Origin: an uncultured Candidatus Saccharibacteria bacterium
GTDB lineage: Bacteria; Patescibacteriota; Minisyncoccia; Phycocordibacterales; Zambryskibacteraceae
Assembly: GCA_964516975.1 (NCBI GenBank)
Contig: CAZFAS010000001.1
Location: forward strand, 118,500-182,499
Length of the DNA stretch: 64,000 nt
Direction: 5' to 3'
Below the pieces are notes generated by a model. It was not told the origin of the DNA. It did not search any database and was given only the letters and a program-made list of their open reading frames with translations. A program made the position numbers and the translations under genes. Positions 18,034 through 24,990 of the stretch are shown in pieces (position 1 is the stretch's first letter; each line of letters begins with the position of its first letter).

Positions 18034-19422
18034 ATGCTTAGACTCACAAACACGCTTACAAAAACTAAAGAGGACTTCTCTTCTCTTGTGCCAAATACTG
18101 TGCATATGTATAACTGCGGTCCAACAGTGTATGACTATGCGCATATTGGAAACCTTCGTGCATATATCATTGCTGATATTCTCCGAAAAACGCTTGAGGC
18201 TAATAATCTAAATGTAACTCAAGTCATCAATGTGACTGACATAGGCCACCTCTCAAGTGACAGCGACGACGGTGAGGACAAAATGACAAAGGCCTTAAAG
18301 CGAGAAGGAAAACCACTCACACTTTCAGCAATGCGTGAGATCGCAGATTTTTACTTTGAAGCATTTAAAAAAGATCTGCTTTCTCTCAATATTAAGCTTC
18401 CAGAATATTTCCCTTTTGCAAGTGATCATATTGCAGAAGATATTGCGCTCATAGAAACTCTTCATGATAAAGGATTCACCTATACAACGAGTGATGGGAT
18501 ATACTTCGATACAACAAAAGACGAGGATTACGGCAAACTTGGTGGATCCACGCAAGAAACTAACGCTGTGGAAAGAATTGAAATAAATACAGAAAAGAAA
18601 AATTCTCGTGATTTTGCTTTATGGAAATTCAATACTGAGCTCGGATACGATGCACCGTTTGGAAAAGGTTTCCCGGGCTGGCATATAGAGTGCTCAGCAA
18701 TGTCGATGAAATACCTCGGCGAAACATTTGATATTCATACAGGAGGAATCGAACATATTCCTATTCACCATAACAACGAAATTGCTCAATCAGAATCAGC
18801 AACTGGAAAACCATTTGTAAACTATTGGATTCATCATAACCATCTAACTGTTGATGGAGGAAAAATGGCAAAATCAGAAGGTACTGGTTTTACTCTTCAC
18901 GATCTTGAAGAGAAAGGGTTTTCTCCTTCTGCTTATCGATATTTCACCTTACAAGCAAGATACAGTTCCATACTAAATTTCACTTGGGAAGCTATGAGCG
19001 CTGCTCAAAATGCATACGAAAAAATTCTTACAACATACAGTGAACTTCCAGAAGGAGGTAACATTAACGAATCATATAAAATAAAATTCCTAGAATATAT
19101 AAATGATGATCTTGATACCCCAAAAGCGCTTGCGCTCATGTGGGAACTTGTAAAAGATGACTCGGTCTCAAGTTCTGATAAAAAATCTACACTCCTATAT
19201 TTTGATACAGTACTCGGTCTTAATCTAGCACATGCGAAATTACCAAACATGTTTCTCGATATCCAAGCGCTTCCACAGGATATACAAGTATTAATTACAA
19301 AAAGAGAAGAGGCAAGAAAAGAAAAGAATTGGAATGAATCTGATTTGCTCAGAGAACAACTTAGTGCACTTGGGTACACCATTCATGATGCGCCAGAGGG
19401 AGCAAAAGTTACAAAACAATAG
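18034..19422 (+). CDS. cysS: cysteine--tRNA ligase
   Basis: HIGN and KMAKSEG (KMSKS) class I motifs, Cys-binding residues. Confidence 0.9.
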   Translation: MLRLTNTLTKTKEDFSSLVPNTVHMYNCGPTVYDYAHIGNLRAYIIADILRKTLEANNLNVTQVINVTDIGHLSSDSDDGEDKMTKALKREGKPLTLSAMREIADFYFEAFKKDLLSLNIKLPEYFPFASDHIAEDIALIETLHDKGFTYTTSDGIYFDTTKDEDYGKLGGSTQETNAVERIEINTEKKNSRDFALWKFNTELGYDAPFGKGFPGWHIECSAMSMKYLGETFDIHTGGIEHIPIHHNNEIAQSESATGKPFVNYWIHHNHLTVDGGKMAKSEGTGFTLHDLEEKGFSPSAYRYFTLQARYSSILNFTWEAMSAAQNAYEKILTTYSELPEGGNINESYKIKFLEYINDDLDTPKALALMWELVKDDSVSSSDKKSTLLYFDTVLGLNLAHAKLPNMFLDIQALPQDIQVLITKREEARKEKNWNESDLLREQLSALGYTIHDAPEGAKVTKQ

Positions 19423-19480
19423 TATTGACAATGGTATTTTTTTGATTTAATGTAAATAGAGAACCAACAGGAAACTCTCT

Positions 19481-19687
19481 ATGAAAGAGAAGTGGACGAC
19501 TAACCCAGAAACAAGGAAAGAAAACGACTCGCTTATGTTTCACCAGATAAAGAACGCTATCAGTGAGATCCTCAGTAAGCAAATCCGAGGATCAAAACCT
19601 GAAGATGTGAGTGCTGCGGCTTGGATGGTACTTGCGAACCTCGCTACTGAGTTTCGCATGGTTCCAGAGGACTTTCTCGATCTTTAG
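19481..19687 (+). CDS. small hypothetical protein
   Basis: 68-aa ORF followed by strong terminator. Confidence 0.35.
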   Translation: MKEKWTTNPETRKENDSLMFHQIKNAISEILSKQIRGSKPEDVSAAAWMVLANLATEFRMVPEDFLDL

Positions 19688-19692
19688 GCCCC

Positions 19693-19722
19693 GAAATACG
19701 CCGCAATGCGGCGTATTTTTTA
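19693..19722 (+). terminator. rho-independent terminator
   Basis: ATACGCCGCaatGCGGCGTAT + T7, then TTGACA. Confidence 0.65.
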
Positions 19723-19829
19723 TTTGACAAGGTATTATAATATTTCATTTTACTCTCTCCCCATCTTACACACAGCTTGTACAGAAAATTACTTTCTTTG
19801 ATTACTAACTGATATGCTAAAATTCTCAC

Positions 19830-21212
19830 ATGGCAGAAAACTTCGTACGCGACAAAGTAAGAATCCCACCACAAAATATTGAAGCGGAACAAGCACTTCT
19901 TGGTTCTATTATGCTTCGTCCCGACGCTATCTTTGAGGTCTTTGATTTCATTAATGGAAAAGCATTTTATGCAGAGCGGCACTCAATGATATTTGAGACA
20001 ATGCTCGAACTCTTTTCAAAACGAACTCCAATCGATCTTCTTTCTCTCTCATCAAGACTAAAAGAAAAAGGGATTCTCGACCAAATAGGTGGAGCAAGTT
20101 ATCTCACCGAACTCGTAAACACAGTTCCCTCTTCGACAAACATAAAACATTACGCTGAAATCATCCAGAAAAAGTTCATGATGCGCAGACTCATCGAGGC
20201 GTCAGAATACATCGCTTCACTTGGCTTCGATGAAGCAAGTGAACTCGAGGAAATACTCGACAAGGCAGAAAAGCAAGTATACGAAATTACAAACTCTGGT
20301 GGAGTGCATAAATTTGTTCACCTCAAAGACGAGCTAGCGGAAGCATGGGAAAGACTCGATACACTTCATAATTCAAAAGGTGAACTCCGTGGTATCCCAA
20401 CTGGATTTCAAGAAATTGATGGCAAGCTCGCTGGACTCCAAAAAGCAGACCTTATTATTCTGGCAGCAAGACCAAGTATGGGAAAGACTTCCCTCGCTCT
20501 TGATATCGCTCGTCAGGCATCGGTAAATCACAATATCCCTGTTGGAATATTCTCACTGGAAATGAGTTCTCAGCAACTCGTCGACCGTATGCTTGCAGCA
20601 CAGTCAAATGTGGATGCATGGAAGCTTCGCACAGGTAGACTCTCACGAGAAGAAGACTTCGCTTCGATCAGGCAATCACTCGATAAACTCTCTCAAGCAC
20701 CTATCTTTATCGATGATCAGCCAGGAAGTAACATCCTTAAAATGCGATCAGTTGCGAGAAGACTTAAGAGTGAAAAAGGTCTCGGTCTCCTTGTAGTAGA
20801 TTACCTCCAGCTCATCATCCCGACGTCTTCAAAGAATAATGACAACCTCGTGCAACAAATCACTGAAATCTCACGCTCACTCAAGAACCTTGCCCGCGAG
20901 CTCGATATACCAGTTCTAGCCCTTTCACAGCTCTCTCGTGCGGTGGAAAGCCGTGGTGGTAGGCCTCGTCTCTCTGACCTTCGTGACTCAGGATCTATCG
21001 AACAGGATGCCGATGTAGTGATGTTTATTCATCGAGAGGATAAATACAAAGATGAAAGTGAGAAAACAAATATCGCAGAAATCCTTATCGAAAAGCACCG
21101 AAATGGAGAAACTGGTAGAGTAGAGCTCTTCTTCAATGAGAAAAAAGCCACCTTCCAGTCAATTGATAAGAGTAACTATGTTGGTGCTGAAAAAGAATTA
21201 CAAGACTTCTAA
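19830..21212 (+). CDS. dnaB: replicative DNA helicase DnaB
   Basis: N-terminal DnaB domain, Walker A GARPSMGKTSLALDIA, RecA-like C-terminus. Confidence 0.9.
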   Translation: MAENFVRDKVRIPPQNIEAEQALLGSIMLRPDAIFEVFDFINGKAFYAERHSMIFETMLELFSKRTPIDLLSLSSRLKEKGILDQIGGASYLTELVNTVPSSTNIKHYAEIIQKKFMMRRLIEASEYIASLGFDEASELEEILDKAEKQVYEITNSGGVHKFVHLKDELAEAWERLDTLHNSKGELRGIPTGFQEIDGKLAGLQKADLIILAARPSMGKTSLALDIARQASVNHNIPVGIFSLEMSSQQLVDRMLAAQSNVDAWKLRTGRLSREEDFASIRQSLDKLSQAPIFIDDQPGSNILKMRSVARRLKSEKGLGLLVVDYLQLIIPTSSKNNDNLVQQITEISRSLKNLARELDIPVLALSQLSRAVESRGGRPRLSDLRDSGSIEQDADVVMFIHREDKYKDESEKTNIAEILIEKHRNGETGRVELFFNEKKATFQSIDKSNYVGAEKELQDF

Positions 21213-21214
21213 TA

Positions 21215-21844
21215 ATGACCCCTTTGAATACGATTCAGAAATTAGAAAAATTATTTAAAGACTTCCCTGGAATAGGTCCACGCCAAGCAAAACGATTCGT
21301 ATATTTTTTGCTTACTAGAAATGAGGAATTCACTTCTGAGTTTGTTCGTCTTATCTCTGAGCTCAAACATGAAGCAACAGTCTGTTCATCGTGCTTTCGA
21401 TATTTTTCAAAATCGAATCCTCTATCAAATCAGACACTCTGCAGTACCTGCTCAGATACTGAGCGTGACGCCACCCTTCTTATGATCGTTAGCCGTGATG
21501 TAGATTATGAAAATATTGAACGAACCTCCGCATATAAGGGAAAGTATTTTATACTTGGTGGCGTTGTACCAATCCTAGAACAAGAACCAGAAAAAAGAAT
21601 CAAAATAACAAAACTTATAGAAAGAATTAATAATGATTCAAGCACTATTCAAGAGATAATCCTAGCTCTCAATGCAAATCCAGAAGGAGAAAATACTGCC
21701 GATTATATTCGAGAAAAAATTAGCGATCTTGCATCCTCACATAACATAAAAATCTCTACCCTCGGAAGAGGGCTCGCAACTGGAAATGAGCTTGAGTACA
21801 CTGACTCAGAAACACTAAGAAGCGCTTTTAAAAACAGGCAATAA
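21215..21844 (+). CDS. recR: recombination protein RecR
   Basis: HhH FPGIGPRQAKRFVYFLL, C4 zinc finger CSSC...CSTC, Toprim. Confidence 0.9.
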   Translation: MTPLNTIQKLEKLFKDFPGIGPRQAKRFVYFLLTRNEEFTSEFVRLISELKHEATVCSSCFRYFSKSNPLSNQTLCSTCSDTERDATLLMIVSRDVDYENIERTSAYKGKYFILGGVVPILEQEPEKRIKITKLIERINNDSSTIQEIILALNANPEGENTADYIREKISDLASSHNIKISTLGRGLATGNELEYTDSETLRSAFKNRQ

Positions 21845-21845
21845 T

Positions 21846-21875
21846 ACAAAAACCACCCGAGAGGGTGGTTTTTGT
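21846..21875. terminator. bidirectional rho-independent terminator
   Basis: aaaaCCACCCgagaGGGTGGttttt; identical stem to 15.2 kb terminator. Confidence 0.7.
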
Positions 21876-21876
21876 A

Positions 21877-22287
21877 TTATTTGATTGAATCAATTGTAAC
21901 TTCAAAGTATGGCTGTCGGTGACCGTTTTTCTTGTAGTAGCGACTCTTCTGCTTATACTTCATCACAATTACCTTTTGTGCTCTGCCAATCTTCTTTAAA
22001 GTACCTTTTACTTCAGCTCCTGAAACTTCTGGCTCACCAATAGTAGTTTTTGTTCCATCATCGACGAGGAGAACCTTGTCGAAAGTGATAGTGTCACCCT
22101 CAACAAAACCCCCGAGGATCTTTTCGATTTTGACATTATCTCCAACTGCTACTTTATACTGCTTTCCTCCTGTAGCAATAACCGCAAAGGCATTACTTAC
22201 CTCTGCTTTTGGGGCCTTTTTAGCCACCTTTGGTTTAGTTGTTTTTGCTTTTACTGCCATAGATATAGTGGGTACCATTCTATACAA
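21877..22287 (-). CDS. rplU: 50S ribosomal protein L21 (with K/A-rich N-terminal extension)
   Basis: AVIATGGKQYKVAVGD... canonical L21 core; alternative start 22260. Confidence 0.85.
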   Translation of the reverse strand: MYRMVPTISMAVKAKTTKPKVAKKAPKAEVSNAFAVIATGGKQYKVAVGDNVKIEKILGGFVEGDTITFDKVLLVDDGTKTTIGEPEVSGAEVKGTLKKIGRAQKVIVMKYKQKSRYYKKNGHRQPYFEVTIDSIK

Positions 22288-22600
22288 ATCTCGAAAAAAG
22301 ACAAGGCCCCCGGTGAATTGGGGGCCTTTTGGAGCATCCTAGGGGAAGGATTGGCATTTAGATGCAAACCTGCTTCACTTCCCTCTAGGAGAACAGAGAT
22401 CACCTCCCTTATGTGCCAGTAGGTCTCTTGGTGCCTTCAGTTCTGAAATGCGAGGGAGGAGAGTTATTGGGTCTCATAGATCTCCGTACGATGGGGGGTG
22501 GATGAATACCGCGCGAGGACCAGCTCTTTATTTCTTTACGTACATAGCTCCTCCTTTGGTGAACGGTCTTTTTTCAGTATAACAAAAAATATCTTGTATG
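22288..22600 (-). promoter_or_regulatory. structured 5' leader of rplU with terminator/attenuator hairpin (possible ribosomal-protein autoregulatory leader)
   Basis: GC-enriched ~310-nt leader; minus-strand hairpin AGGCCCCCaattcaccGGGGGCCT + TTGTCTTTTTT ends ~30 nt before rplU start; 5-codon uORF (AGGAGG-ATG-TAC-GTA-AAG-AAA-TAA) near 5' end. Confidence 0.4.
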
Positions 22601-23677
22601 CTACTCATCACTTGGCTTCACGAGCTCAAGTGTTTCTATCTCAATCGATGTGCCACTAATCCGCATCACATCTTTATCTATTTTTCCAAGTTCCTTGCGT
22701 GAAGTATTGAAGTGACTCACAGCAGTGCCAAGAGAATTACCGAGTTTTGAATGATATTCCTCAAAACTTTTTATATGTTTTCCAAGATCATTTACTCGCT
22801 TGATAATATCCTGCGCTGTCTCCTCGATCTGAAGCGCCTTGAGTCCCTGCAGTACAGTCTGAAGGTACGCAAGGAATGATGTGGGTGAAACGATGATGAC
22901 ATGCCTCTCTTTAAATGCATACTCTATAAGATCACGAGTATTTACTTTTACAGAACCGACCTGTGCTACGAGTAGGTCATAATAGATTGCCTCGTGGGGG
23001 ATAAACATGAAAGCGAAATCCATCGTCCCCTCCTCAGGTTTTACATATTTTGCTGTTTCATCAATACGATTTTTTAAATCTAGTCTAAATGCTTTTTCAA
23101 ATTTCTCTTTTTCTATAGGGTCTTTTTCTTCCACAAGACGATTATAATTCTCAAGAGAAAACTTCGAGTCAATCGGGATAATCTTTTCTTTTACAAATAC
23201 GACTGCATCAACAATCGTTCCATCAGTAAATGGATACTGCATTTGGAAACTCCCCGGTGGTAATACATTTTTTAAAAGTGTCTCAAGATAATACTCACCA
23301 AGTATTCCTCTTTGCTTTGGATTCTTGAGTACATCTTGAAGAGATTGGAGTTGATCAGCGAAAGAGACAACTTGTTTATTCGTTTCATCAAGACGGGTGA
23401 GTTTTTCGGTTATCTCACGAATTACCTTTATCGACTCGCCTGATTGATACTTGAGAGAATCATTCAGTTGTCTTGAGGAATCAATGAGTTTTTGATCTAT
23501 TGTGGTCGTAAGATTACTCAAATTTCGTGACAAATCATTGAACTGATTTTGGATCAAAAGGAGACCACTATTGTCAGCAGTACTCCCCTTCCCACGCCTT
23601 GAAATCTGCCACAATATAACTGCGTTTAACACGAGAATAACAAAAACAAATACGTAGAATGTTGTATTTCCTGTCAT
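22601..23677 (-). CDS. rmuC: DNA recombination protein RmuC
   Basis: N-terminal TM, long coiled coil, C-terminal RmuC nuclease-like domain. Confidence 0.8.
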   Translation of the reverse strand: MTGNTTFYVFVFVILVLNAVILWQISRRGKGSTADNSGLLLIQNQFNDLSRNLSNLTTTIDQKLIDSSRQLNDSLKYQSGESIKVIREITEKLTRLDETNKQVVSFADQLQSLQDVLKNPKQRGILGEYYLETLLKNVLPPGSFQMQYPFTDGTIVDAVVFVKEKIIPIDSKFSLENYNRLVEEKDPIEKEKFEKAFRLDLKNRIDETAKYVKPEEGTMDFAFMFIPHEAIYYDLLVAQVGSVKVNTRDLIEYAFKERHVIIVSPTSFLAYLQTVLQGLKALQIEETAQDIIKRVNDLGKHIKSFEEYHSKLGNSLGTAVSHFNTSRKELGKIDKDVMRISGTSIEIETLELVKPSDE

Positions 23678-23789
23678 ATGAAACCATTATAACACTCAAA
23701 AAATATTTGCATCTTACTAATTATGTATATTTTGTTACACACAAGACGCTCTGATATAATTCATCCTCTAAACTTTTTATCTATACATT

Positions 23790-24044
23790 ATGCAGTACGT
23801 CTATGTGTTGCAAAGTAAGAAAGATAAGGATTTGTATATTGGTTGTACCACCGACTTAAAAAAGAGATTTGCCCTGCATAATGCGAAAAAAATTACCTCT
23901 ACTAAAAATTGAACACCACTTGTGCTAATATACTACGAAGCCTATCTTGATAAGAGGGACGCGTACCAAAGGGAGATATATATGAAGACACAGTGGGGCA
24001 GAAAACATATACGCAAAGTACTGGGTAATTTTTTTAATAGATAA
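23790..24044 (+). pseudogene. GIY-YIG nuclease family gene interrupted by in-frame TGA (23910-23912)
   Basis: N-half MQYVYVLQSKKDKDLYIGCTTDLKKRFALHN and C-half LIYYEAYLDKRDAYQREIYMKTQWGRK are same frame separated by single TGA. Confidence 0.6.
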
Positions 24045-24062
24045 AAAGTTTTTAGGATACAT

Positions 24063-24518
24063 ATGTCATTACATGAGCAAATAAAAAATGAAGTAAAGCA
24101 AGCCATGTTTGCGAAGGATAGTGTTCGATTAAATACCGTACGAGGACTTATTGCCGCCTTTATGAATGAAGCGGTATCAAAGAAAAAGAAACCAGATACA
24201 GAACTTACTGATGAAGAAGCGCTCGAGGTCATCCGTCGAAGTGTAAAGCAAAGAAAAGACTCTATCGACCAATTCAAAAAAGGTGGCCGTGAAGACCTCG
24301 CAGTGAGTGAAGAGGCTGAGCTTGCAATACTTTCTGCATATCTGCCAGCATCAATGAGTAAAGAGGAAATCGTGAAAGTCGCTGAGGCAAAGAAAAGTGA
24401 ACTCGGTATTACCGACAAATCAAAAATGGGGATGCTCATGGGCATGATCATGAAAGACCTCAAGGGCAAAGCTGAGGGTGACCTAGTCAAGGAAGTTGTG
24501 GAGTCTCTCTTTAATTAA
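24063..24518 (+). CDS. yqeY: GatB/YqeY-domain protein
   Basis: characteristic YqeY layout and conserved ...RLNTVRGLIAAF... / ...ILSAYLP... Confidence 0.8.
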   Translation: MSLHEQIKNEVKQAMFAKDSVRLNTVRGLIAAFMNEAVSKKKKPDTELTDEEALEVIRRSVKQRKDSIDQFKKGGREDLAVSEEAELAILSAYLPASMSKEEIVKVAEAKKSELGITDKSKMGMLMGMIMKDLKGKAEGDLVKEVVESLFN

Positions 24519-24629
24519 CTACTATCTATTTTTACTCTATAGCTCATATACTTATCCACAGTATATTGACTTTTTCTATTTATTGTGATAGTATATAACT
24601 CAGATTGAACCCTTACAAGTGGAGGTAGT

Positions 24630-24971
24630 ATGTCTCTTCCAAGTGACATCCGCGCCTACATGGATGAGGCGTTCAAGGTGTCAAAAAAGGAGAAACTCAG
24701 ACTCTGGTCGGCAATCTTCCGAGTTCTCGATCTTCATGGTGTAAGAGACCATGGAGAACGAATGTCAGTAATCAACCAAATCCGAACAGAGCTGGAAAAT
24801 CGTAAAAAAAAGAAGTCCGCACCTCGGACTGCAAAACCTGTCGAACCGCGAGTTCGACAGGAACCACACCCCCACCCTTCACCACGCGAGCGCACTGATT
24901 GGCTCGCGCAGGTCGAGGAGAGGCACGATGAAATCAGTGCTTCTCTTGAAAACAAAGGGCCCGCTACCTAG
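24630..24971 (+). CDS. hypothetical protein
   Basis: 113-aa ORF, basic/Pro-rich C-terminus. Confidence 0.4.
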   Translation: MSLPSDIRAYMDEAFKVSKKEKLRLWSAIFRVLDLHGVRDHGERMSVINQIRTELENRKKKKSAPRTAKPVEPRVRQEPHPHPSPRERTDWLAQVEERHDEISASLENKGPAT

Positions 24972-24990
24972 CGGGCCCTTTTCTATTTCT
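24953..24990. terminator. bidirectional rho-independent terminator
   Basis: GGGCCCGCTacctaGCGGGCCC + TTTTCTATTTCT between convergent genes. Confidence 0.65.

Noticed and set aside
23910-23912. Possible genome-wide TGA recoding (code 4 or 25) suggested by the in-frame TGA in the GIY-YIG gene
   Set aside because: TGA terminates several otherwise well-delimited genes (M50 peptidase 50931, PriA-like 57750, DUF457 52684, and the 61295 and 62794 ORFs). All long conserved genes (DnaB, CysRS, LysRS, PBPs) are uninterrupted under the standard code.
23942-24490. 182-aa antisense ORF opposite yqeY; likewise 47695-48642(+) opposite mreB, 51167-51811(+) opposite rseP, 25500-25967(+) opposite the ATPase, and 19005-19382(-) opposite cysS
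   Set aside because: They sit fully inside confidently identified genes on the other strand and have low-complexity, S/T/P-rich composition typical of antisense frames.
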